DNA of 64,000 nucleotides from Candidatus Spongiihabitans sp. (GCA_965261425.1 OZ253452.1:2592645-2656644); one strand, 5' to 3'; shown: positions 51,969-62,531, counted from the first letter of the stretch. Notes: generated by a model not told the origin, from the sequence alone. A program made the numbers and translations.

Positions 51969-52519
51969 GCGACATAGTAAAACTGAAAAATATAGAAGAT
52001 AAAATTATTCTTATCAGGGGAGAGCAAGTTCTGCTTGACAGCGATGTGGCAGAAATATATGAGGTAGAGACCAAGCGTATCAATGAAGCGGTCAAAAACA
52101 ATCCCGATAAATTTCCGGATGAATATAGTATTGAACTGAGTAAAGATGAATGGGATTCTTTGAAGTCGAAATTTTCGACTTCAAAGATAAGGAGGCAAGG
52201 TTAAATCACCCAAAGCCTTTACTGAACGCGGGTTGTATATGCTTGCCACGATCCTCAAAAGCAAGCAAGCCGTACAAACTACTTTAGCGATTGATTGACA
52301 CAATTCTACAAAATTCGCCATCTCTCCAGAAACATGACGGCATTATCAAACGCGAGCAATGAAACAGAACAAAAAGCCCTCATGCAGAAAAGGGGTGAAA
52401 TCATTGCTGAAATTCTGGACGACGACCTAGTAACCACAGACACAGAAATCACAGTAGAAATTAATTTTTCCCTGCTTAAATTCAAGCACATCATCAAAAA
52501 GAGAAAGCAAAAGGAATGA
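51965..52519 (+). pseudogene. ORF6N-domain DNA-binding protein, frameshifted
   Basis: IRG.QVLLD.D.A..Y.VETK.IN.AVK.N..KFP, then PKAFTERGLYMLATIL in another frame. Confidence 0.8.
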
Positions 52520-53562
52520 CCCACTACCAACAATTACAAGAACACCTAAAAAACCACTCAAGTACTTGGTTGATAACGGGTGTTGCTGGGTTTATCGGCT
52601 CTAGCTTGCTGGAAAAACTGCTTATTCTTAATCAAAAAGTAGTCGGGCTGGATAATTTTGATACCGGCTATCAGCATAATATTGACCAAGCGATAGCCGA
52701 TGCAGAAGCAACACTTGGTGCTGAAAATCGCACCCTGAACACGGACAGTTTTAGCTTCATAAAAGGTGATATTCGCGTATTAAAAGACTGCCAACAGGCG
52801 TGTTCTGGGGTCGATTATGTCTTACATCAAGCGGCACTCGGCTCGGTGCCTCGCTCAATAGCAGACCCTATCAAAACCAATGCAGCCAACATAGACGGCT
52901 TTCTGAACATGCTTGTTGCCGCTCGTGATGCCAAGGTCAAACGCTTTGTCTATGCCGCATCTAGCTCCACTTATGGTGATCATCCTGCTTTGCCAAAGAT
53001 CGAGGATAAAATCGGCAATCCACTCAGCCCGTATGCGGTTACTAAATTGGTCAATGAACTGTACGCACAGGTTTTTGCTACAACCTATGGGTTCAAGTCC
53101 ATCGGATTACGATATTTTAATATTTTTGGCAAACGCCAAGACCCGAACGGTGCTTATGCCGCCGTTATCCCAAAATGGATAAGTAATATCATCCAAGGAG
53201 AAGCCGTGTTCATTAACGGCGATGGCGAAACCAGCCGAGATTTTTGTTATATTAACAACGCCGTACAAATGAACCTATTAGCGGCGATGACGACAAACGA
53301 GGCCGCACTAAACCAAGTCTATAATGTCGCCGTAGGCGACAGAACCACCCTGAACGATTTATACCAACAAATTCACAGCACGCTCTCTGCCCGTTGTCCG
53401 CTACTCACTGAAAATCTAACCTATCGGGATTTCCGCGCCGGTGATGTTAGGCACTCGCAAGCAGACATTGGCAAAGCGCAGCAGTTACTTGGCTATCAAC
53501 CGACACATAAAATTGCGCAAGGATTAGATGAAGCGATGACTTGGTATGTTGAGAATTTGTAG
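52516..53562 (+). CDS. tviC: UDP-GlcNAc(A) C-4 epimerase (TviC/WbpP-type)
   Basis: [41 protein letters not shown]. Confidence 0.9.
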   Translation: MTHYQQLQEHLKNHSSTWLITGVAGFIGSSLLEKLLILNQKVVGLDNFDTGYQHNIDQAIADAEATLGAENRTLNTDSFSFIKGDIRVLKDCQQACSGVDYVLHQAALGSVPRSIADPIKTNAANIDGFLNMLVAARDAKVKRFVYAASSSTYGDHPALPKIEDKIGNPLSPYAVTKLVNELYAQVFATTYGFKSIGLRYFNIFGKRQDPNGAYAAVIPKWISNIIQGEAVFINGDGETSRDFCYINNAVQMNLLAAMTTNEAALNQVYNVAVGDRTTLNDLYQQIHSTLSARCPLLTENLTYRDFRAGDVRHSQADIGKAQQLLGYQPTHKIAQGLDEAMTWYVENL

Positions 53563-53746
53563 GGTTTTCCGGTTTCATTCTCAATTTTCAACTTTCAATT
53601 AACAATGCCGTCTTTCCTGCGGAGCCTGTCCCCGCGCAGGCGGGGAGCAGGAATCCAGTCAAACACACAAACCCGCAAGAGTTTTTCGGTTTCATTTTCA
53701 ATTTTCAATTAACAATGCCATCTTACTAAGAGGAAAATATATTAGG

Positions 53747-55288
53747 TCAGCGCCTAATTTTTTTGCCAATTTTAGCTAGGTTGTCTTTTACGAGTCGCCG
53801 CTCATTAACCGCAGGATAAAACCAACCTGCGATTAGCATCAGAGATAAACTAATAATCCCAATGACTATAAGTTCAAGCAAGGCAGGTGTGTTAAAAGGA
53901 TTGAGATGCTTTGTGATTGGAATGCTACTAAAAATAATCCCCAACCATAATCCCCATTTTAAGTGGGCAAACCAAGTGATTGTATAGCCCATTTTTTGGA
54001 TTGCTTGCAGGGAGACTAAAAATATTAGCCAAACACTGATACTGGTTGCTAAGGCGATTCCAAAAACCCCGAGCTTCAAATAAAATAAAAACAAACTATT
54101 CAATATAACATTGCTAATCATACCAAGAATGACCCGACTCACCATGATTCGGATACGCCGTTCTACCTGAAAAACTTGTTCTAATAATGGCAAGAAAAAT
54201 ATTGGCAATAATAACCACATGTAACCCAACATAGCACTTGAGACCATGAGTGTGTTTTGATGGCTAAATGCACCACGCTCTAACAAAAAACTCACGATTT
54301 CCACTCTAAAATTCAGCATAATAGCACTAACTGGTACGGCTATATAAACGCCTAAAGAAATGGCCTCATTGAGGATATTGCTTCTTTGTGTTTTCGATGG
54401 TTTTTCGGCTAATACGGTGATGAATGACTGATGAATACCTAATATAGCGGGTGCCAATGAAATAAGTACCAACCCATAACTGAGTGCAGAAATCGCGCCG
54501 GTTGTCAAAAAACTAATAAATATTCTATCAGAAACTGCATAAACATAATTTGCACCTTGCAACACCAGCAAGCCCAAGGAGAATTTAAGACAATGTTTGA
54601 CTGTGTCAGAAAGCGGATTGGCGTTAAAATCAATGTATTGATAACTAAAAAATAGTAAGTAGATAAACCCAATAATACTACTTAAACCAAACGACCAAAA
54701 TAAAACATTTTCATTATCTGTGTAAAGTAGCACACAAATTAAAATAATAACGGAACCTATAAATTCGGCTTTATTACAATATGAGAATTGTCGAGTTGCG
54801 CGCATAATACCGCCCATTAAAGATGCGGGTACAACAAGTAAGACAGCGGGTATAAACCAATAAAATGCGTTACCCAGTATTTGAGTTCTATATGGTTCAA
54901 ATCCGACGGCAATTTTTGCCAAATAATCGGACGCAAAAAAAACAAAAATAGACAGCACCGCAGAGCTGAGAAAAATCAGCCAAAATAAGCCCCCGGTTAA
55001 TTGCTTAAAAGCCGCATATTGTTTGTTTTTATAAAGTTCAATCAGTTTGGGAATAGCAATAATTTCCAATACACCCGACCAAGAAAAAACTAAAATACCC
55101 AAAATAGAGAGTGCCATATAAAAAACATCTAATTGGGTAGATAGCCCAATGGCACTCGCAATGATAATGTGCTTAAAGAAACCAATCAGCTTGGAGAGTA
55201 ATCGCCAAACCACACCAAATCCGATTGAATGTAGGAAAGTTTCTTGGCGTGGTTTCATGGGTTTCATTGTAATATAAATGACCTTCAC
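53747..55288 (-). CDS. MurJ/MviN-like (MOP) flippase
   Basis: Multi-TM; SKLIGF.K..IIA, DRIFISFL..G.ISALSY, LLERGAF; low GC. Confidence 0.8.
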   Translation of the reverse strand: MKVIYITMKPMKPRQETFLHSIGFGVVWRLLSKLIGFFKHIIIASAIGLSTQLDVFYMALSILGILVFSWSGVLEIIAIPKLIELYKNKQYAAFKQLTGGLFWLIFLSSAVLSIFVFFASDYLAKIAVGFEPYRTQILGNAFYWFIPAVLLVVPASLMGGIMRATRQFSYCNKAEFIGSVIILICVLLYTDNENVLFWSFGLSSIIGFIYLLFFSYQYIDFNANPLSDTVKHCLKFSLGLLVLQGANYVYAVSDRIFISFLTTGAISALSYGLVLISLAPAILGIHQSFITVLAEKPSKTQRSNILNEAISLGVYIAVPVSAIMLNFRVEIVSFLLERGAFSHQNTLMVSSAMLGYMWLLLPIFFLPLLEQVFQVERRIRIMVSRVILGMISNVILNSLFLFYLKLGVFGIALATSISVWLIFLVSLQAIQKMGYTITWFAHLKWGLWLGIIFSSIPITKHLNPFNTPALLELIVIGIISLSLMLIAGWFYPAVNERRLVKDNLAKIGKKIRR

Positions 55289-55348
55289 ATAAAATAAGAT
55301 GTGGTGAATTCAAGACCGAATAACCCCCCGATTGGAAAAATACGAATT

Positions 55349-56314
55349 ATGAGCGATAAATTAGTATCGGTCATCATTCCGGTTTACAACGTCGAGAAGT
55401 TTGTCGAACAGGCAATCGTCAGCATCATCGACCAAACCTATAAGCACTTAGAGATTATCGTTATTGATGACGGCTCAAGTGATGCCACCTATCAGATAGT
55501 CGCAGATTTAGCCAGTCAAGACCCCCGCATTAAACTTTATAAAAATGAGCGAAACTTAAAGATCGTGAAAACGCTTAATCGTGCTTTGTCGTTGGCGCAA
55601 GGCGAATATATTGCACGCATGGATGGGGATGATATATCAGCACTCGACAGAATAGAAAAACAAGTTGCTTTTTTAGAATCGAATCCTGACTATGATTTGG
55701 TGGGGTGTAGTCTTATTGCAATAGATGAAAATGGCATGGAAGTAAGCCGCACTGTTTGGTTTTCAGATCAGGAACTGTTGATGAAGTTACTAACATATAT
55801 AGCACCTGTTGCTCATCCAACATGGCTGGCAAGAAAAAGTGTTTATAGCAAGCTAAATGGTTACCGTGAACTTTCGGGCGTGGAAGATTGTGATTTTTTA
55901 CTGCGTATGACTTCGGCAAAGCTAAAATATACCAATCTTGAAACCTATTTTGGATTGGAGTATAGGGAAAATAGGGTTGGGAACAGTTCTGGCCTAAGGC
56001 GAAGTAAAATAGCCAATTATGTTGATAAATTGTTTATAGAAAGGCAGAAAACCGGAATGGATAGTTTTAGTGAGGAAAACCTAAAACAAACCACTGTTAC
56101 AAATATATTTTGGGAAAAATTATATCGTTTTTCTAGTATATTTATGTCTAGTGCGGTTAAGCATAAACAGAATAAAAACTTTATTAGAATGGTTGCATAT
56201 TGCTTTCTTTTGCTGATTTCACCGCATAAGGCGTACGAATTATTCAAAATCATTCAACGCAGGCTCATAATTATGAAACATCAACATAAATCCACCAGGA
56301 ATCGTATTTCTTGA
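55349..56314 (+). CDS. GT2 glycosyltransferase (paralog A)
   Basis: VSVIIPVYN, DDGSSD, RMDGDD. Confidence 0.92.
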   Translation: MSDKLVSVIIPVYNVEKFVEQAIVSIIDQTYKHLEIIVIDDGSSDATYQIVADLASQDPRIKLYKNERNLKIVKTLNRALSLAQGEYIARMDGDDISALDRIEKQVAFLESNPDYDLVGCSLIAIDENGMEVSRTVWFSDQELLMKLLTYIAPVAHPTWLARKSVYSKLNGYRELSGVEDCDFLLRMTSAKLKYTNLETYFGLEYRENRVGNSSGLRRSKIANYVDKLFIERQKTGMDSFSEENLKQTTVTNIFWEKLYRFSSIFMSSAVKHKQNKNFIRMVAYCFLLLISPHKAYELFKIIQRRLIIMKHQHKSTRNRIS

Positions 56315-56503
56315 ATATATTACACAATGAGTATTATCAGACCCTCGTGAAGACAATCCGATTTGTCTCATCGGTTCGGTATTGAACTCGGATACTTCGA
56401 GACCCGCGGGCACGTTATCAGCCGAAAGTCACTCGGATGAAAAATAATTATCAATTATCAACAGCTTGTATAAACTCAAACCCGCAATAGCCAAACAAAA
56501 AAC

Positions 56504-57622
56504 ATGCATCTCCTCATATCCATCTACAGCCTCTCCTCAGGCGGCGCCGAGCGCGTTACCGCAAATCTTGCCAATTATTGGGCCGAAAAAGGCTGGCGCA
56601 TAACCCTTGTTACCATGATAGGGGATGCACCGGATTTCTATGAGCTTCATCCAGCGATTCAACGCATCGCCTTGTCCCATCCTAGCGGCAGTCATACCCC
56701 ATTAAATACAATCAAACGTAATTATCGGCGTATAAAAACCTTACGCAACATACTCAAACAGCAACAACCCGAAGTGGCACTTGCTATGATGATCGATGCC
56801 AATGTCTTACTCGCCATGGCCGCAAAAGGGCTGGGTATCACTGTGATAGGTTCAGAGCATAATCATCCCCCTATGCTCCCTGTGGGTAGTGTGCGTGAGT
56901 GGTTGCGCCGCCATACTTATGGGCATTTAGATGCGGTTACTGCATTAACCACTGAAAGTGCAGATTGGTTAAAGAAACAGACCAATGCCAAAGATGTACC
57001 CATCATTGCCAATGCGGTTACTTATCCTATACCATCGCATTCGCCCAAAGTTCGTCCTGATTGGTCCAGTAATCGTTTTAACCTTATAGCAGTGGGACGG
57101 TTGGCGCCAGAAAAAGGCTTTGAACGTCTGTTATCGGCGTTCACAGAATTAGTCGCACAGTTTCCAGATTGGCATTTGACCATTCTTGGCGAAGGTGTCG
57201 CGCGTGATGCTTTGGAAAAGAGACGCTCGGCACTCGATTTAGAACAATGTGTTTCACTACCAGGGGTGGTCGGCAATCTCGGCGATTGGTATGCAGCAGC
57301 AGATTTGTATGTTATGAGTTCTCTTTCTGAGGGGTTTCCCAATACCTTATGCGAAGCAATGGCGTATGGTTTGCCGATTGTGAGCGTTGATTGCGATACC
57401 GGTCCGCGTAACATCATTCGCCATGAGGTTGATGGCTTGTTAGTGCCACAGAATAATCATGGCGCATTGGTCGAGGCATTGGCGACTTTAATGAGTGACA
57501 AGGCATTGCGTCAACAATACGCTACTCGTGCCATTGAAATTAGAGAGAGGCTATCTATGGAAAAAATTGCTGGGATGTGGGAACAGGTGTTTGTCAAACT
57601 TGCGGGGCAGGCTGATGAATAA
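56504..57622 (+). CDS. GT4 glycosyltransferase
   Basis: GGAERV, GRLAPEKG, EGFPNTLCEAM. Confidence 0.92.
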   Translation: MHLLISIYSLSSGGAERVTANLANYWAEKGWRITLVTMIGDAPDFYELHPAIQRIALSHPSGSHTPLNTIKRNYRRIKTLRNILKQQQPEVALAMMIDANVLLAMAAKGLGITVIGSEHNHPPMLPVGSVREWLRRHTYGHLDAVTALTTESADWLKKQTNAKDVPIIANAVTYPIPSHSPKVRPDWSSNRFNLIAVGRLAPEKGFERLLSAFTELVAQFPDWHLTILGEGVARDALEKRRSALDLEQCVSLPGVVGNLGDWYAAADLYVMSSLSEGFPNTLCEAMAYGLPIVSVDCDTGPRNIIRHEVDGLLVPQNNHGALVEALATLMSDKALRQQYATRAIEIRERLSMEKIAGMWEQVFVKLAGQADE

Positions 57623-57936
57623 TAGACCAGACCTTTGTATAATTGTCGAAAGTGCGGCTACAGCCGACCCCGAGGGACTAAATTCTCATTCGTCTTTCCG
57701 TACGAAAGAGACTATGCAAGAAACCCATTTCCGTCATTCCTGCGAAAGAGACTGTGCAAGAAACCCTCCTAGGTTACGCTGGCGGAAAACCCAACCCCCT
57801 AAATCCCCCTTGTCAGGGGGACTTGTCACTCAATTCCCCCCTGATAAGATACTGTGTTAAAAATCCACTTATTTTCAACTTTTTTTCGGCTCATTGTTAG
57901 AATGACTTTGCCGGCTGGGATTCCACCACAAACGCG

Positions 57937-58914
57937 CTATCTGCAAGCATAATTGACATCAAAAGGCTGTTCTGATTTTAATACCCCATAAGATATAACC
58001 AGTAGTTTCCGCATCACCGCGCACACTGCCACTTGTTTAGGTTTGCCTTTATCAAGTAGCCTATTGTATAAATCCTGCGTGACTGGATTGTGTCGCGTTG
58101 CCGTCAGTGCCGGCATATAGAGAGACTTTCTCAGGCGTTTGTGCCCTATTTTTGACAGACTACTCTTGTTGATACTACTGCCAGACTGGGTTATCTTCGG
58201 ATTCAACCCAGCAAAACTGGCCACTTGCTTGGCGTTATCAAATGACGATATATCCCCCATATAGGCGAGGATAGCCCAAGCCGTTTTGTTGCCAATCCCG
58301 CCAATGCTGGTCAATAACCGTACTTGTTGACGCAACACAGCATCGCCCGCAACCAACGCCTTGATTTCCTGTTCAACAATCACTATTTGCCGACAGATGT
58401 ACCGAATCATCGCTTTGATTGATTTGCTGGCGGTCTTATTCAAACTCACTGGCAAACGATTCTTCTCTTGGGTTGATTGTTTGTTTAACTGCTCCAAGCG
58501 CGTCATCAGGCATTGTAACGCAACACTGGCTTCGCTTTTGGGCTTGAACAGATTTTTCTCTAACTCACCTTTGACCACAATATGCTGACAATAACGCGCA
58601 ATGCTGCCAGCATCGGATTTATCCGTTTTATTACGCAACATTTCCATCTTGACAAACGCATGGGTTCTCATTGGGTTCGCCACAATCACCTTGTCGCCTG
58701 AGTGATGTAAATAATACGCCAAAGCAACCCCATAAACGCTGGTGGCTTCCATACAAAACACCCGCTCTTGCGCTGCGTCCAATGATTTTAGCCATTTGGA
58801 CAAGGCTTTGAAGCCTTTATGATCATTAGCAAAAGACGGGTTGTGGTCAACACCCTCAACGCACACAGCACCATCAAAACGTGCTTTAGATATATCAATA
58901 CCGATACATAACAT
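57937..58914 (-). CDS. IS110 DEDD recombinase
   Basis: GIDISK, MEAT, KTDKSDA, QSGSS, RKSLYMPA, A.MRKL. Confidence 0.96.
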   Translation of the reverse strand: MLCIGIDISKARFDGAVCVEGVDHNPSFANDHKGFKALSKWLKSLDAAQERVFCMEATSVYGVALAYYLHHSGDKVIVANPMRTHAFVKMEMLRNKTDKSDAGSIARYCQHIVVKGELEKNLFKPKSEASVALQCLMTRLEQLNKQSTQEKNRLPVSLNKTASKSIKAMIRYICRQIVIVEQEIKALVAGDAVLRQQVRLLTSIGGIGNKTAWAILAYMGDISSFDNAKQVASFAGLNPKITQSGSSINKSSLSKIGHKRLRKSLYMPALTATRHNPVTQDLYNRLLDKGKPKQVAVCAVMRKLLVISYGVLKSEQPFDVNYACR

Positions 58915-58954
58915 AACATTCTCCGGTTATAATTGTAGATAGGTTGGATAATTT

Positions 58955-59180
58955 AACTTCGGTGCATCCTCGTACTATTCGTACTCAGATTTTTGGTCTT
59001 GCACCAGATACTGTCCGCACTTGATGAAGTTTATGTACAAGGACGTACTGTATGCCGGTTTTGCAGGAGCAAAAACCGGTAAAGCGGGTAGTAGGTGCGA
59101 TACCTTATCAACAAGTTTAAAAACTTACTGGGGATTACTGCATCACTACTACCCATCCAACCGCCGTTGGATAGGGTCCA
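58955..59180 (-). ncRNA. IS110 bridge RNA, copy 2
   Basis: Target-binding and donor-binding internal loops with guides matching the target and the circle junction. Confidence 0.8.
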
Positions 59181-59552
59181 TTAAAAACCACTAACCGAGT
59201 TGATAATTTACCCGATTGGGATCATACGAGGGGGATTTAGGGGGTTAGGTTTTCCGCATGTAGCGCATACCTATCGAGGGTTTCTTGCACAGTCTCGATT
59301 TAATTGAGAATGGAAAATTGAGTAAAATCTCGTAATGATGACAGCCTAAGCGCCATAAGAGCGAAACAAAAGAGAGATGCCGCTCCTACGGAGCTGACGA
59401 AATATTGGGTTTTTGCAATCTCGGGAGCGGGACTTTAGTCCTGCCGTCGTTCCTGCGAAAGCAGGAACCCAGTAAAACACACAAACCCTCAAGGGTTTTC
59501 CACTTTAAGCTAAACCGTATCAAGAATGGAAAAATACAACAAAAATACAACT

Positions 59553-60527
59553 ATGAGCGATAAATTAGTATCGGTAATCATTCCGGTTTACAACGTCGAA
59601 AAGTTTGCCGAACAGGCAATCGTCAGCATCATCAAGCAGACCTATAAGCACTTAGAGATTATCGTTATTGATGACGGCTCGAGCGATAACACCTATAAAA
59701 TAGTCGCAGATTTAGCAACTCAAGACCCCCGCATCAGACTTTATAAAAACGAACGAAACTTAAAGATCGTGAAAACGCTTAATCGTGCTTTGTCGTTGGC
59801 GCAAGGCGAATATATTGCACGCATGGATGGGGATGATATATCGGCACTCGACAGAATAGAAAAACAAGTCGCTTTTTTAGAATCGAATCCTGACTATGAA
59901 CTGGTAGGGTGTAGTATGATTTTAATAGATGAAAGTGGCATGGAAATAGGTCGATCAGTAAAGTTTTCAGATTATGAGCTGTTGATGAAGTTGGCAACGT
60001 ATGAAATGGCTGTTGCGCACCCAACATGGCTGGCAAGAAAAAGTGTTTATCGCAAACTAAATGGTTACCGTGAACTTTCGGGCGCTGAAGATCGTGATTT
60101 TTTACTGCGTATGATTTCAGCAAAGTTAAAATATACCAACCTTGAAACCTATTTTGGGGTGGTTTATAGAGCAGATAGGGTTGGGGGCAGTAACGATACT
60201 TTGGGCCTACGGCGACGCAAAACAACCAATTATATTGATAAATTGTATGTAGAAAGGCAGAAAACTGGAATGGATAGTTTTAGCGAGGAAAACCTAAAAC
60301 AAGCCATTGTCACAAATATATTTTGGGAGAAACTGTATCATTTTTCTTGTAGATTTGAGAATAAGAGGCTTGAAGCCAAACATAACAAAAACTTTATTAA
60401 AAGGCTTGCATACACTTTTATTGTACTGATTTCACCGCATCAGGCGGGTCAAGTATTCAAAATTATTAAACGCAAGCTAATAATTAGGAGACATAACCAT
60501 AAATTCACAAGGAACCGTATTTCATGA
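59553..60527 (+). CDS. GT2 glycosyltransferase (paralog B)
   Basis: Highly similar to paralog A. Confidence 0.92.
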   Translation: MSDKLVSVIIPVYNVEKFAEQAIVSIIKQTYKHLEIIVIDDGSSDNTYKIVADLATQDPRIRLYKNERNLKIVKTLNRALSLAQGEYIARMDGDDISALDRIEKQVAFLESNPDYELVGCSMILIDESGMEIGRSVKFSDYELLMKLATYEMAVAHPTWLARKSVYRKLNGYRELSGAEDRDFLLRMISAKLKYTNLETYFGVVYRADRVGGSNDTLGLRRRKTTNYIDKLYVERQKTGMDSFSEENLKQAIVTNIFWEKLYHFSCRFENKRLEAKHNKNFIKRLAYTFIVLISPHQAGQVFKIIKRKLIIRRHNHKFTRNRIS

Positions 60528-60662
60528 ATATATTACACATTATCGTAGGGCTAGATGCCGGTGGCGCTGAGATAGCACTCAAGCGATTGATCGAATCACA
60601 CCATATATTCGAGCACAACTTGGCATCTATGGAAAAAATTGCTGGGCAAGCTGATGAATAGA
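60524..60662 (+). pseudogene. Collapsed GT4 remnant
   Basis: MNILHIIVGLDAGGAE... joined to SMEKIAGQADE*. Confidence 0.65.
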
Positions 60663-60710
60663 CCGAAACCTTTGTACAATTGTCGGAAGTGCGGCTTCAG
60701 CCGCGCACGA

Positions 60711-60830
60711 GAGACTGTGCAAGAAACCCTCGCCAAGTCGTGTTACATGTGGAAAACCTTGGCAGGTTTGGCGGTTTTACTGGGTTCCTGCTTTCGCAGG
60801 AACGACGATATTGGGTTTTTGCACAGTCTC
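60711..60830. mobile_element. MITE containing a dRS3-like REP
   Basis: GAGACTGTGCAAGAAACCC ... GGGTTTTTGCACAGTCTC. Confidence 0.8.
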
Positions 60831-60848
60831 TACTGCTGAGGTTCACTG

Positions 60849-61988
60849 GTGAAGGTGCTTCATGTGATTACTGGACTTGGCACTGGCGGTGCTGAAAACA
60901 TGCTTTATAAGTTGCTTTCTGGCATGGATAACGAGCGTTTTGAGTCCGTTGTTATTTCATTAACCGACAGAGGCACAATGGCGAACAAAATTGAAATGCT
61001 GGGCGTGGAAGTAAGAACATGTAATATGCGTAAAACAAATTTGGGCTTGATTGGTTTTTTGCGTTTAATAAAGCATATTTTTAATATCAAACCAGAAATC
61101 GTACAAACATGGATGTATCATGCTGATTTGTTGGGCGGGGTTGCTGCTAGACTACTCGGCATTAAAAACATCGTTTGGAACATTCGCCACAGTAATTTGG
61201 ACCAAGACAAAACCAGAAAAACAACGATATGGGCGGTGAAAGTTTGCGCTCTGTTCTCTGGTTTTGTGCCACAAGTGATTATTTGTAATTCAAAAAATGC
61301 GATACATATTCATCAACAAATAGGCTATAAAAAACACAAGTTTATAAACATTGCCAATGGTTTTGACACCGATTTGTTAAGCCCTAATTCAACAACAAAA
61401 GAAAGATTACAACACGAATTAAACATTGATAAATCTGTTTTGTTGGTTGGCATGGTAGCGAGATTTGATGCACAGAAAAATCACCAAGGTTTTATCCAAG
61501 CTGCCGCCTTGGCAAGCAAGCAAATTCCGAATGCTGCATTTATCATGGTAGGCACCCATATTGATAAATCCAATAACCGCTTATTAGCATGGATTGATGA
61601 GTGCAACATGACAGATAAAATTTATTTATTGGGGATAAGAGATGATATTGCTTTTTTAATGTCCGCATTTGATGTACTTGTTGTTTCTTCTTCTTATGGC
61701 GAGGCTTTTCCTAATGTCATCGGTGAGGCGATGTCATGTGCTACGCCCTGTGTGGTAACTGATGTGGGTGATTCTGCATTCATTGTTGGTGAGTACGGGG
61801 TTGTGGCACCTGCTGGTGATAACGCCGCCCTGGCACAGGGCATCGCATCATTGTTGACCATGCCTTCTGATCAACGTCAAATTGTAGGACAACAAGCGCG
61901 CCAGCGGATTGAGCATAATTTTGCTTTGAGTAGCATTGTTAATCAGTATGAGAACTTGTATATAAAATTGAGTGGGCGACTCGAGTAA
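60849..61988 (+). CDS. GT4 glycosyltransferase
   Basis: GGAE, TWMYHADL, ARF..QKNH, EAFPNVIGEAM. Confidence 0.92.
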   Translation: MKVLHVITGLGTGGAENMLYKLLSGMDNERFESVVISLTDRGTMANKIEMLGVEVRTCNMRKTNLGLIGFLRLIKHIFNIKPEIVQTWMYHADLLGGVAARLLGIKNIVWNIRHSNLDQDKTRKTTIWAVKVCALFSGFVPQVIICNSKNAIHIHQQIGYKKHKFINIANGFDTDLLSPNSTTKERLQHELNIDKSVLLVGMVARFDAQKNHQGFIQAAALASKQIPNAAFIMVGTHIDKSNNRLLAWIDECNMTDKIYLLGIRDDIAFLMSAFDVLVVSSSYGEAFPNVIGEAMSCATPCVVTDVGDSAFIVGEYGVVAPAGDNAALAQGIASLLTMPSDQRQIVGQQARQRIEHNFALSSIVNQYENLYIKLSGRLE

Positions 61989-62277
61989 CAGGAAAAAATG
62001 AATGTGTGGCATAGTCGGCTATTGGGATAGGCGCGGGGCAGAAGCATCGGTCGTTGAAAAAATGGCGCAACAGATTCGCAATCAGCGGGGCGGTTGTTTC
62101 GGTTGTTTCGTCTATATTTGACAATCACGACAAGAGTCAAAGCTAGAACATTTGAAATATCGCAAAATAGCAAAATTGAGTTAATTTACCAGTAGTTTAT
62201 GATATTATTGTTGACACTTAACAATGTTGTTAAGTGGTGTTATCGCTTTGCAAAACTTAACTTTGAGGGAATCTTTT

Positions 62278-62529
62278 ATGTCTGCTACTGCGTCAGTACA
62301 TGTTCGAGTTGATGCTCACACCAAAGTTCTGGCTGTTGAAGCGTGGAACGAAATGGGGCTGTCGGTATCCGAGGCTGTTCGGTTGTTCATACAAGCATCC
62401 GCCGATGGTCGTCCACTTCCAATAAAGGAGCCCAACGCAAGCGTCATCAAAGCAATGGATGAGCTGGAAAATGGAGGAGGCGAAAAATTTGCTACCGTAG
62501 CCGATTTATTTGAGGATTTAGGCATCTAA
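62278..62529 (+). CDS. dinJ: RelB/DinJ antitoxin
   Basis: VHVRVD..K..A....MGLSVSEAVRLF..LP..PN. Confidence 0.85.
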   Translation: MSATASVHVRVDAHTKVLAVEAWNEMGLSVSEAVRLFIQASADGRPLPIKEPNASVIKAMDELENGGGEKFATVADLFEDLGI

Positions 62530-62531
62530 AT

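Larger units (their letters stand above)
57847..59230 (-). mobile_element. IS110-family (IS621-like) element, copy 2, intact
   Basis: CT core at both junctions; inserted into CCCCCTAAATCCCC|CT|TATCAGGGGG. Confidence 0.93.
57748..59296. mobile_element. MITE (GAGACTGTGCAAGAAACCCTC ends) interrupted by IS110
   Basis: GAGACTGTGCAAGAAACCCTC ... GAGGGTTTCTTGCACAGTCTC. Confidence 0.8.

Noticed and set aside
55349-60527. Diversity-generating retroelement (TR/VR pair)
   Set aside because: No reverse transcriptase; differences are not adenine-specific and span whole genes.
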